DNA from: Rhynchopus sp. YZ270_cl-10
Taxonomy: Eukaryota
Direction of reading: 5' to 3'
Assembly (NCBI GenBank): GCA_964035575.1
Contig: OZ037840.1
Location: 434,001-498,000 of the forward strand
DNA: 64,000 nucleotides
The translations under genes and the position numbers were made by a program. Within the stretch, counting starts at the first letter, position 1; each line of letters opens with the position of its first letter. Positions 24,489-35,617 of this stretch are shown one piece after another. The notes under the pieces were generated by a model. That model was not told where the DNA came from. It worked only from the letters and a program-made list of their open reading frames with translations, and searched no databases.

Positions 24489-26400
24489 TAACCTGTCTTA
24501 TGGGTGCATGCTGCGTGCGCTGTCTGCAATTGAGAAATTTTGAGTCGAATTGTATTGTACTAATTGGTCGCCAGCTAAAATGTCACTATTCGAACCAGTT
24601 CTCACATCTGTAACGTGTCTTATGGGTGCATGCTGCGTGCGCTGGCTCCAACTGAGATATTTTGAGCCGAATTGTATTGTACTAATTGTTCGCCAGCTAA
24701 AATGTCACTATTCGAACCAGTTCTCACATCTGTAACCTGTCTTATGGGTGCATGCTGCGTGCGCTGGCTGCAATTGAGATATTTTGATTCAAATTGTATT
24801 GTACTAATTGGTCGCCAGCTAAAATGTCACTATTCGAACCAGTTCTGTCTTCTGTAACGTGTCTTATGGGTGCATGCTGCGTGCGCTGGCTGCAATTGTG
24901 ATATTTTGAGTCGAATTGTATTGTACTAATTGGTCGCCAGCTTAAATGTCACTATTCGAACCAGTTCTGTCTTCTGTAACCTGTCTTATGGGTGTATGCT
25001 GCGTGCGCTGGCTGCAATTGCGATATTTTGATTCAAATTGTACCTACCCCCCCCCGTGTATATGTCCTGTGCATATGTCCGTGTTGGCCGAGGCTCGGAC
25101 ATATACACATGTTTTCGGACATATACACATCCCGGACATATGCACAGTTCAGTGTATACAGTGTACAGTGGCAAAAACCCATTCCGAGCTTTCCGGCCGG
25201 TGCGTTGGCGGGGCATCTCCCCTCATGTTTTCGGAGAGGGTTTTTCGGGGGATGGGGTTGAAGAAGGGGGAAAATGGGTCAAATACGAGAGGGAGCGGTT
25301 GTGAACCATCCCGCCACCAGGCCTCTCCTCCTCTGTGCAGCCTTGAGAGCTTTGTAGCCACCGGTGAGTCACAAGCCGTAGGTACATACAAAGAACGCGT
25401 AACCCTGCGCTCGCGGAGGTACACCTTAAAATTTGTTCTCCGCTCGCTTCGCTCGCGGAGGTACACCTTCAAAAAATTTTCCGCTCGCTACGCTCGCGGA
25501 GGTACACCTTAAAATTTTTCCCGCTCGCTTCGCTCGCGGAGGTACACTTTAAGGCAGATTTTTACCTCTCACACGGACATATACACCTGTACCTGTGTAT
25601 ATGTCCGGAAAATTTTCAGAAAGTCCCGGACATATACACGGGGGGGGGGGGGGTAGGTAATGTACTAGTTGGTCGCCAGCTAAAATGTCACTATTCGAAC
25701 CAGTTCTCACATCTGTAACCTGTCTTATGGGTGCATGCTGCGTGCGCTGGCTGCAGTTGCGATATTTTGATCCGAATGGTATTGTACTAATTGGTCGCCA
25801 GCTAAAATGTCACTATTCGAACCAGTTCTCACATCTGTAACCTGTCTTATGGGTGCATGCTGCGTGCACTGGCTGCAATTGCGATATTTTGATTCAAATT
25901 GTATTGTACTAATTGGTCGCCAGCTAAAATGTCATTATTCGAACCAGTTCTCACATCTGTTACCTGTCTTATGGGTGCATGCTGCGTGCGCTGGCTGCAA
26001 TTGCGATATTTTGAGAAGAATTGTATTGTACTAATTGGTCGCCAGCTAAAATGTCACTATTCGAACCAGTTCTGACTTCTGTAACCTGTCTTGTGGGTGT
26101 ATGCTGCGTGCGCTGGCTGCAATTGCGATATTTTGAGTCAGATTGTATTGTGCTAATTGGTCGCCAGCTAAAATGTCACTATTCGAACCAGTTCTGACTT
26201 CTGTAACCTGTCTTGTGGGTGTATGCTGCGTGCGCTGGCTGCAATTGCGATATTTTGATTCAAATTGTTATGTACTAATTGGTCGCCAGCTAAAATGTCA
26301 CTATTCGAAACGGTTCTGTCTTCTGTAACGTGTCTTATGGGTGTATGCTGCGTGCGCTGGCTGCAATTGCGATATTTTGATCCGAATTGTATTGTGCTGA
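24489..26400. repeat. 122-bp satellite A (about 10-11 units, interrupted by a MITE)
   Basis: Unit GTAACCTGTCTTATGGGTGCATGCTGCGTGCGCTGGCTGCAATTG...GAACCAGTTCTCACATCT, period 122. Confidence 0.97.
25043..25657. mobile_element. MITE with TA target-site duplication (Tc1/mariner-type)
   Basis: TIR CCTAC(C)nGTGTATATGTCC ... GGACATATACAC(G)nTAGG, flanked by TA (25041-42, 25658-59) at a TA of the satellite A unit. Four internal CGCTCGCGGAGGTACAC repeats. Confidence 0.9.
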
Positions 26401-26539
26401 TTGGTTATGAAGGGACGTGTCTTATCCTTGCGGTATATTTTGGATGATATCGGCTACGCTACGGTGCTCGCAACAGCTGGGGGTGGTGATGGAGATGTGA
26501 TGCAGGTGCTGACATTGAGGTAAAGAACAAGGACAAGGA

Positions 26540-28945
26540 TAAATTGATATGTGTTTGTGGAATTGGTCCCGTACCAAGGTGTCTTGTTGGATGTGATTTG
26601 TGCTGAAATGGATGGATTCTGAGGGTAAATGCTGCAAGCGCTAGGTATTCCGTGGCGCAAATAAATTGACATGTGTTTGTGGAATTGGTCCCGTACGAAG
26701 GTGTCTTGTTGGGTGTGATTTGTGCTGAAGTGGATAGATTCTGAGGGTAAATGCTGCAAGCGCTAGGTATTCCGTGGCACAAATAAATTGACATGTGTTT
26801 GTGGAATTGGTCCCGTACGAAGGTGTCTTGTTGGATGTGATTTGTGCTGAAGTGGATGGATTCTGAGGGTAAATGCTGCAAGCGCTAGGTATTCCGTGAC
26901 GCAATAAATTGACATGTGTTTGTGGAATTGGTCCCGTACCAAGGTGTCTTGTTGGGTGTGATTTGTGCTGAAATGGATAGATTCTGAGGGTAAATGCTGC
27001 AAGCGCTAGGTATTCCGTGGCGCAAATAAATTGACATGTGTTTGTGGAATTGGTCCCGTACCAAGGTGTCTTGTTGGATGTGATTTGTGCTGAAATGGAT
27101 GGATTCTGAGGGTAAATGCTGCAAGCGCTAGGTATTCCGTGGCACAAATATATTGACATGTGTTTGTGGAATTGGTCCCGTACCAAGGTGTCTTGTTGGG
27201 TGTGATTTGTGCTGAAATGGATGGATTCTGAGGGTAAATGCTGCAAGCGCTAGGTATTCCGTGACGCAATAAATTGACATGTGTTTGTGGAATTGGTCCC
27301 GTACCAAGGTGTCTTGTTGGGTGTGATTTGTGCTGAAATGGATGGATTCTGAGGGTAAATGCTGCAAGCGCTAGGTATTCCGTGACGCAATAAATTGACA
27401 TGTGTTTGTGGAATTGGTCCCGTACCAAGGTGTCTTGTTGGGTGTGATTTGTGCTGAAATGGATGGATTCTGAGGGTAAATGCTGCAAGCGCTAGGTATT
27501 CCGTGACGCAATAAATTGACATGTGTTTGTGGAATTGGTCCCGTACCAAGGTGTCTTGTTGGGTGTGATTTGTGCTGAAATGGATGGATTCTGAGGGTAA
27601 ATGCTGCAAGCGCTAGGTATTCCGTGACGCAATAAATTGGCATGTGTTTGTGGAATTGGTCCCGTACGAAGGTGTCTTGTTGGATGTGATTTGTGCTGAA
27701 ATGGATGGATTCTGAGGGTAAATGCTGCAAGCGCTAGGTATTCCGTGACGCAATAAATTGGCATGTGTTTGTGGAATTGGTCCCGTACGAAGGTGTCTTG
27801 TTGGGTGTGATTTGTGCTGAAGTGGATAGATTCTGAGGGTAAATGCTGCAAGCGCTAGGTATTCCGTGGCACAAATAAATTGACATGTATTTGTGGAATT
27901 GGTCCCGTACCAAAGTGTCTTGTTGGGTGTGATTTGTGCTGAAATGGATAGATTCTCAGGGTAAATGCTGCAAGCGCTAGGTATTCCGTGACGCAATAAA
28001 TTGGCATGTGTTTGTGGAATTGGTCCCGTACGAAGGTGTCTTGTTGGATGTGATTTGTGCTGAAATGGATGGATTCTGAGGGTAAATGCTGCAAGCGCTA
28101 GGTATTCCGTGGCACAAATATATTGACATGTGTTTGTGGAATTGGTCCCGTACGAAGGTGTCTTGTTGGATGTGATTTGTGCTGAAGTGGATAGATTCTG
28201 AGGGTAAATGCTGCAAGCGCTAGGTATTCCGGTGCGCAAATAAATTGACATGTGTTTGTGGAATTGGTCCCGTACGAAGGTGTCTTGTTGGATGTGATTT
28301 GTGCTGAAGTGGATAGATTCTGAGGGTAAATGCTGCAAGCGCTAGGTATTCCGTGGCACAAATAAATTGACATGTATTTGTGGAATTGGTCCCGTACCAA
28401 AGTGTCTTGTTGGGTGTGATTTGTGCTGAAATGGATAGATTCTCAGGGTAAATGCTGCAAGCGCTAGGTATTCCGTGACGCAATAAATTGGCATGTGTTT
28501 GTGGAATTGGTCCCGTACGAAGGTGTCTTGTTGGATGTGATTTGTGCTGAAATGGATGGATTCTGAGGGTAAATGCTGCAAGCGCTAGGTATTCCGTGGC
28601 ACAAATATATTGACATGTGTTTGTGGAATTGGTCCCGTACCAAGGTGTCTTGTTTGGTGTGATTTGTGCTGAAATGGATAGTTTCTGAGGGTAAATGCTG
28701 CAAGCGCTAGGTATTCCGGTGCGCAAATAAATTGACATGTGTTTGTGGAATTGGTCCCGTACGAAGGTGTCTTGTTGGATGTGATTTGTGCTGAAGTGGA
28801 TAGATTCTGAGGGTAAATGCTGCAAGCGCTAGGTATTCCGTGGCACAAATATATTGACATGTGTTTGTGGAATTGGTCCCGTACCAAGGTGTCTTGTTCG
28901 GTGTGATTTGTGCTGAAATGGATAGTTTCTGAGGGTAAATGCTGC
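26540..28945. repeat. 121/122-bp satellite B (about 20 units)
   Basis: Unit AAATTGACATGTGTTTGTGGAATTGGTCCCGTAC...GGGTAAATGCTGCAAGCGCTAGGTATTCCGTGGCGCAAAT; 487-bp four-unit higher-order repeat (27911/28398, 28229/28716). Confidence 0.98.
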
Positions 28946-29170
28946 CGTCCGTAATTGACTTAGTTCTGTATTCTGTGATCAGTCTTATGAGTGTATGCTG
29001 CAGGCGACAATTGAAGGATTTGAAACAAAATTGTATTGTGCTACTTGGTGGTCACCTGAAGTATCCGTAGTTGAACTAGTTATGAAATCTGTTGTCAGTC
29101 TTATGGATGAATGCTGCATGCTCTACGGACAATTGAAACGTTTCAAACAACATTGTTTTGTGCTAATTCA
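28946..29170. repeat. Degenerate satellite A-like units
   Basis: GTCTTATG..TG.ATGCTGC ... CAATTG ... ATTGT.TTGTGCTA motifs occur twice, about 116 bp apart. Confidence 0.7.
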
Positions 29171-31401
29171 CCTCCGAGAGTCCCCGACCCCACACAACAC
29201 TTTTTTCGTGAAGTACGTTGAGAACCTTTTTGACAGGTCGCTGACCGATTTCCGAAAGCAGCGGGGCAGGGCTTCCGCCAAGGTGACCGGAGTGGCCATG
29301 GCCCACCCGGAGAGAAATGGGGTTTAGGAGGTTGTGGATGAGCCTTAGTTGTCATGCGACGCCACCGTGCAGAGCATTTGGCTCGCTGTGTCAAAAGAAG
29401 TGGACGAAAAGGGGAGTGGTGAATTTTCCAGTGTCCCGCAGTGTCGCACCACTTATTTTTTTCGCATTTTGAGGGGGGGGAAATGCAAAATGAAAACAAA
29501 ATTTTGGTAGATTCAGATTTTTGCTAAGGTGCTGGCAGCTGTCCCCAAAAAAAAAATATCTCCCCCCCACATTTTTTGGTCCTGGGTCACAAAAAAAAAT
29601 TTCCGATTCCTGAAACCCCAAATCCTGTTGGAAACCCTTCCGGGGGGGGGAAAACAAAAAAAAAAAAATTTGTTTTTTTTGACAAAAACGGCCAAAAACG
29701 ACAAAATAGTTTTTACGACAAAAATTCCTTCACAAATTGTACAGGATGAGACCCCCTATACTATTTACGTTTCACCTACTATTTACGGTAAAACTGGTAA
29801 AACTGTAAAACTTTTTTTTCTTTTTTTTTTTTTTTTTTTTTTGAAAATTTTTTTGGGATTGAAATCAGCGGATCGAAATGAGACGAATTTTGTCTATTTT
29901 TTTCTGAGACATCGGGTCCCATACCCTCCCATTCCCTACCACACCGTGAGTGTTTCCCGAGTGCATTGCCCTCTCCCTTATTTTTTCCCACCCGCCCCAC
30001 TCCTTATTAGACATTATAGTAGACGCCCCGTGCTGTCATGCCAGGACACGAGATTTTTTTCTTTCTGACTTCTTTACATGATAATATACCCCCTCCCGTT
30101 CTGATACAGTGCCTCTGTACCATGTGTCCACCTTCTCCATGGGAATATCTAAGTCTTAATATTGACTCCTTTTCACACACACCAACCACTCACAGCGATA
30201 CACCCCACCCAAACCCCCCCCCCCAGCCATCTCGGGCAGGACAGGCCAGGTAGGTCCTTCGCAGCACAATGGGTGTCGGGTCCTCTTCAGGTACGGCGTA
30301 CTCAATGGATGGGGCGATTAGCTCAAATATACCAATGAGCACTAGCGGCCCGTACGTAACAAATCAAGTGCAAGGAGAAGTGTGGAACCAAGTCGTGCCA
30401 CAGTCGAGCGAATACCTGCAACACATCGGAATGCCTTACATGAGATGTGCAATGGTATGGGATATTTTTTTTTTTGAGCGTTTTCTGAGCTGCGGGGGGG
30501 TAGGGGGCGACGACACACGATTGTGCACGATGATACGCGATTTAGCACGATGACTGAGCCCGAAAACGCCGTAGATAATCGCACAGAAATAATAGTTTAT
30601 GGACAATGTTTAGCTCTTATAAAGTACCCCCACATTTGCTTTTGAAATAAATACAAACACAGTTTCGCCGGTCAATGGACATCTGTTATGCAAGGGATTA
30701 CACTTTCGACAGCGAAGAAGTAAAATGTCGAAACGAACGTGAGGACTACAAGAACTGTTACTTCCACGGAAAGGAGGTATGCTGGGTTCCAAAAATTGCC
30801 AACCTTGCGAACGTTCAAGCAGCTTTGCTGTGACTGAGGGGCTTGTACGGATTCTGAGGAAAAAAAAAGATTTGACTTTACAATGTACACTCTTGGTGCA
30901 CTCTTTCTGGCAAAGGGCAACCTTTTAAATAGGTCGAACAAAAGGGAGTACCAACTCCCCCTAGCGGGAGTTGATACTCCCGCTTTTCGTAACTCCAAAA
31001 TAAAGTTGCCCTTTCTCAGAAATATTGCATCGTGTGGAATAATACTAGGTCTACTTTCTCCACGAATCAACAAAATACATGCACACCTTTTGCGCCTAAA
31101 TTTAAACCCGGGGCGACTATTATGCAACAAAACCCATCTTTAAACATAACTATCAATACAACCCAGCAGCAACAACAACAAAAAAATAAAAATAATACAG
31201 TTCCGTTTTATGGGTATGCTCCACAACGTTCACAAAACTGAACAAGGGGAGAGAGATTTCGTGAAATTCAACCTGAACTGGGACAGAACACACTACGATG
31301 CAGACCAAGGTATGGCTCGGGTGTTGCTACGATATGATGTTTAAACTTCCCCCCCTTTTTTTTTGGGGCGATCACTCTTTGTGCGAGTGGTCCCATATTA
31401 T

Positions 31402-31472
31402 CCTGTAAAGAAAAACCGTGGCTGCTATCTAGTGATCGTAGTCTATAATCAAACAATTTTTTTTTTTTTTTT
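31402..31472 (+). repeat. Short T-tailed dispersed repeat (family 4); related copies at ~32398-32463, 43036-43103, ~57426-57461 (partial), 62891-62953
   Basis: CCTGT.AAGAAAAA.CCGTGGCT.CTATCTAGTGAT.GTAGTCTATA.TCAAACAA(T)n is shared between copies; two copies have flanking direct repeats. Confidence 0.75.
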
Positions 31473-32296
31473 GCGAGAGTGGTCCCATTACGCATATTTT
31501 CAGGACGTTTATGTCACAACCTAAATTGGGACACTTTTTTTTGATGTCAACCACGGACCCACGACTACAGGAGATATCCTTGAGCGGGCAGAAAACGTGT
31601 TGAAAATATATGAAGACAAAGGCCTCCCAGGAACCAAGTGGATGGGCCCGCACTGATTTTTTCTCCCCCCCTTCTTTTTTTTTTAAAGAACGATTCGTCT
31701 GTACAGGGGTTCGTACGATATATGGCTGTGTTTTTTTTTCCCCTTTTTTCCTTTTTCCTTTTTTCCTTTTTTTATTTTGAAGAATTGTCGGAATAATAGT
31801 GTAGTTGCCACCTTGTGGAAGCTCCACTGGCTTTTTTAAAAGAACGATTCGTCTGCTGCAGGAGTTCGTACGCTATATGGTCGCGTTTTTTTTCCCCTCC
31901 CTTTTCCCCCTCTTTTCCCTCTTCTTTCTTTGTCCCTTGATACCAATTGTCATCAAGGTAATATATATGCACAGCAAGGCCTACGGTTCGTCTCGCAAAC
32001 ATTCCCTCTTTGTTTCTTTAACGGGTCGTTTTTGATTGTAAATAAAATGGAATTATGACAAGGAGGACCTTAGGGAAGAGGAAAAACCTTTTCTTGATTT
32101 TGATCGGTTGATCCCTATACCTATGTTTTCAATTTATTTGAATGCATATTTCCCTCCCTTTTTTATGTAGATCGTACGTCACAGTGCCTGATTGATAACA
32201 GATTAAAAAAATTTCTACTTTATTTAATTTTCAAATAATTCTTCCCCCTCCCCTTCCTCCCCTTCCTCCCCTTCCCCCTACTACCACGAACGACGG

Positions 32297-32356
32297 TATA
32301 GTGGAGTTCATCCTCGGGTGTCTACACTAATACAACCAAGTTTTCAAACAAAAAAA
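32297..32356 (+). mobile_element. Short A-tailed SINE-like repeat (family 2); copies at 37231-37280 (degenerate), 53595-53647, 57470-57524, 63610-63673
   Basis: TATAGTGGAGTTCATCCTCGGGTGTCTACACTAATACAACCAAGTTTTC(A)n is near-identical in several dispersed copies. Confidence 0.75.
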
Positions 32357-33264
32357 GAGCAACAACATAGTCATATAGGATAAACTCTTTTAAGAATCCT
32401 GTAAAGAAAAAAAGCAAAAAAAAAAAAAATCCTTGTTATCTAGTATGAAGTCAAACAATATTTGTAGGATTGACACAACAGCATTGCATCCTTGAGGGTG
32501 ATTTCTTGGTCTGTACAAATATAGGTTTCAACAAAAAAAAAAAGGAAAAAGAGAAAAATGGAGTACGAGACAAAAAACCTCAGCAGGCGATTGTAGATAA
32601 AGTCAAACAAAACAAAATAAGAAAGCAACATGGGGTGGGGTGGGGCGGGGTTAGGTAGGGTTAGCGGGTCGGGGCGGGGCGGGGTGGGATGGCATGGGAT
32701 GGGGTTGGACAACATTCCGAGTTCGACACATCAGGGTTTCCGCTTGGTTTTTGGTCCTCCCCTCCCTGACTGTAGGGAGGGCAAAATTTTTGAGGGTCAA
32801 ATCCTATCGGAAGCCTTGCAAATTCAAATTCAAGAAAAAAATGTTTACAAATAAAACAACCAAAAAAAAAGGTACATTGTCAAAAAAGGATGGAATAAAA
32901 AAAAAAAAATAAAGGAACAGTCGCGATCGATGTATTGTAATATCAGGGCTTTATATTTAGGTTTACTAGGGGGGAGAAACCCTGTCTAAACCCCTGATTG
33001 AATGTTCTGAGAAAAAAGCGCTGTAATCTTTTTGTTTTTTTTTTTTTCCTACACTCCCACAATACCACTTTTAAACACACCCCATACAGAGTAGATCACC
33101 ATCTTTTTTTTGGTGTCACACACACAAAAAAAAAAAATCCAAAAAAAAAATAACAAATGGATAGCTAGTTGTTTCCCCCCCTCCTCTCCTCCCCCTATTT
33201 TCCATTACCCTTCCCTCACGCTGCTGTGCTGAGGGTGGAAGGGGGGGTGGGGGGAAGGGGGGAG

Positions 33265-35472
33265 ATGGTGGGTTTGCATCCGGAGCGGGAGTTTCGTTCC
33301 TCATCTCGCTCGCGGTCTGGGAGTTGTGATAGTGGGGTGGATGCAGATGATGTACAGGCACAACAGCTTGCCGCGAAGATCCACCGGCAACAGCTTCTCA
33401 TCTCCTCCTTGGAATCTGAAATTGCGTCTCAAACGCCGCCAGCTTCAACGAACACTTCCCATCCAAATGACCCTCCTACACAACGAACGCAAGAAGCCGC
33501 AGTACTCTACCTCAACCCCTCCCTTCCGATGGCCCTCCGCGAGCTCTCTCAGTTCACCCAACCCCCTTTGATATCATCACCATCTCCTCCCCCCCCTCCT
33601 GCTCCTACCGCGCTGCTATGGGATATTCGACCTCCTTTGCAACTTCTTCCGAGGGCTCTGCCGACCGCATTGTTAACACAACCCCCAAGCGTTTCTGTCA
33701 CCGTAAAGGTTTCTGGGAATGTGGCGGTCGTATTAGACGATGTGGCAGTGTTTGGCGATTTGCAGCTTGGGGTGGCATCGATTTTGGGGGTGCCTGTATC
33801 ATCACAGAGGTTTTATTCTGAGGGGGCGTTGGTGGTGGAGAGAGAAGGAGAGGCACGACAGAGCATTCTGGCAACGTGTGTACCGTTTGCGGAGTTGGTG
33901 CTGCGGTGGGGGGGAGGGGCGGTTCCGGTGGATTTGGTTGATACTCGGGTGGTGCAGCCGGCCTCGAGACATTCATTTGCGATGACCCCTACCCCGCCTC
34001 GAAGTGTTGTGGACGATTCGTTGACGCCAACCGCAGCCCTGCTTACCGCTCCCATCACACCACCTCTCCCGGTCATCTCAGGGGGGACCGGAGGGACAAC
34101 GCAGATGCGAAGAGTTTCTTCGGTGCTTCCACTCTCCTCGTTTCCTCAGGCGAGTTCGAGTAGTTCGTTGTGCGCGCCGCAGAGTACTCCGAGTACTGGA
34201 GGAAAGAAAGGGTGGTTGACACCTACTTCATCTGTTTCTGTTGGGACGCCGTCGATGCGAGGGGCGATTCGGACGGCGACGCATCCTTCGTTTATTACTC
34301 AGGAGAGTCCGGTGCTGCCGTCGGAACGATCAGAACGGTCGGAAAGAGCGAGAGAAGCGGAAAGGAAGCCGTCATCAATGGTACAACTTCCCCCGGCCGC
34401 TGTATTGAAGAAGGAGGAGGAGGAGGAGGAAGAGGAGGAGCCTGTTGCAGAGGTAGAACCAGAACCCGAAATTTTCCCGTCAGAATGCAAAAAGGTGTCC
34501 GACGAAGGGGTTGACATGCCTGCAATACGCAGAGCGGTTCCACCAAAACAGACCGGCCTAATCCAAACCTGGAGAATGGGGAAGGCAACGAAACACCCCT
34601 GGACTCATGAGCTGGTTGCAGTGGTTACACTGGTGAAGACCGGGCATTTGTGTTGTTGTGCAGACATAGGTGGGTGCTGTGTCCGTGTCTTTCAATTAGG
34701 CAAACACGGTAAAGAGCTTTCAGCGTACCCCTTCTCTGATGTACAAAGTCTCGCTTCAGATGCAGAACAGCTGGTTATTGGAGGGAGTGGGGTGATACGG
34801 TGCGTTACTTCCCCCGATTGGACAACGAGATGGGAGTTGAGGGACACCACCATGTGGCGTGTGTTGTCTGCAGGTGGCGGTGCGTTGGTCTCAGGGTGTC
34901 GTGAAGGACCTCTCCGTCTCAGCAACATGCTAGAAGAGCCGACACATAAGAAAAGTATAATGCTTGAGGAGAGCCTAGCGGAGGTGGGGTGGGAGTGTAT
35001 CACGATTGACTCTCCGTTTATTGTTGCGTTGGATGGGCGGAAGAAGATTGTGGTGTGGTTGACAACGGATTTGACAATGAGCGATCAGCAGAATTATTTG
35101 CTGCCGGTTGGGAGAAAGTTTGGGTCCAGATGTTTTGAGAACCCTGGGCAGCCGCAGTTAAGGAGTCCTTCGGGCATAGCAGCATGCAGCCAGCTGATGG
35201 CTTCAAAGCACGAAAACACTGCATTTGTGTGGGGTGCGCTAACAGGCCGCCTTATGGTCGAGCTTCCCATCTCCGAGCGGGCTGTCATCGCCATCGCAGG
35301 AACCATTCTCGACGGCCTCTTCCTCGTCTGCGACAGCGCGCACATCCGTGTCTTTGACCTAGAATACCTCCTCGAAGCCAGCAAGCCCGGACACAGCTCC
35401 AAATACACAGGCCCCGCAATATGGGAAGCGCAATGCCCGCCAGGGATGGGGGAGGTAAAGAGTTTGGTATGA
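33265..35472 (+). CDS. Hypothetical protein: N-terminal coiled coil, ubiquitin-like segment, low-complexity linker, C-terminal WD40/beta-propeller-like region
   Basis: Long GC-balanced ORF in AT-rich surroundings. First ATG is at 33265, after a polypyrimidine tract and AG. ILGVPVSSQRFYSEG resembles ubiquitin-fold GIPPDQQRLIFAG. Repeated beta-strand motifs such as VRVFQL, IVVW, AFVWG, IRVFDL. The C-terminus could continue via an intron. Confidence 0.8.
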   Translation: MVGLHPEREFRSSSRSRSGSCDSGVDADDVQAQQLAAKIHRQQLLISSLESEIASQTPPASTNTSHPNDPPTQRTQEAAVLYLNPSLPMALRELSQFTQPPLISSPSPPPPPAPTALLWDIRPPLQLLPRALPTALLTQPPSVSVTVKVSGNVAVVLDDVAVFGDLQLGVASILGVPVSSQRFYSEGALVVEREGEARQSILATCVPFAELVLRWGGGAVPVDLVDTRVVQPASRHSFAMTPTPPRSVVDDSLTPTAALLTAPITPPLPVISGGTGGTTQMRRVSSVLPLSSFPQASSSSSLCAPQSTPSTGGKKGWLTPTSSVSVGTPSMRGAIRTATHPSFITQESPVLPSERSERSERAREAERKPSSMVQLPPAAVLKKEEEEEEEEEPVAEVEPEPEIFPSECKKVSDEGVDMPAIRRAVPPKQTGLIQTWRMGKATKHPWTHELVAVVTLVKTGHLCCCADIGGCCVRVFQLGKHGKELSAYPFSDVQSLASDAEQLVIGGSGVIRCVTSPDWTTRWELRDTTMWRVLSAGGGALVSGCREGPLRLSNMLEEPTHKKSIMLEESLAEVGWECITIDSPFIVALDGRKKIVVWLTTDLTMSDQQNYLLPVGRKFGSRCFENPGQPQLRSPSGIAACSQLMASKHENTAFVWGALTGRLMVELPISERAVIAIAGTILDGLFLVCDSAHIRVFDLEYLLEASKPGHSSKYTGPAIWEAQCPPGMGEVKSLV

Positions 35473-35536
35473 ACACAATATTTGGTTAAAGGTGCGAGAA
35501 TTGTTAACGACAGTTGGTTGCTGTGCGAGAAAGAAA

Positions 35537-35617
35537 GACAGTGGAGATTGCACAACACTGTGGCAACACAACCGAGGCAACTACACTACTCCAACAATTT
35601 ATCAAAAAAAAAAAAAA
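35537..35617 (+). mobile_element. Short A-tailed SINE-like repeat (family 1); copies at 37536-37618, 41778-41853, 42952-43006, 62648-62718; variants at 42688-42733, 63045-63090 and 31775-31828 (minus)
   Basis: GACAGTGGAGATTGCACAAACTGTGGCAACACAACCGAGGCAACTACACTACTCCAACAATTTATC(A)n, usually just downstream of an A-run. Confidence 0.8.

Noticed and set aside
21..24613. Very long ORFs (up to 2727 aa) in all three + frames
   Set aside because: They are translations of a 38-bp satellite whose + strand happens to lack stop codons, which is not improbable for 38 positions. Most start at TTG, and stop-creating variants are tolerated.
26422..28887. Repetitive MQHLPSESIHF ORFs on the minus strand
   Set aside because: Products of 121/122-bp units, which shift frame every unit.
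30600..31143. Short ORFs as a gene
   Set aside because: No recognisable motif or consistent frame; possibly decayed element sequence.
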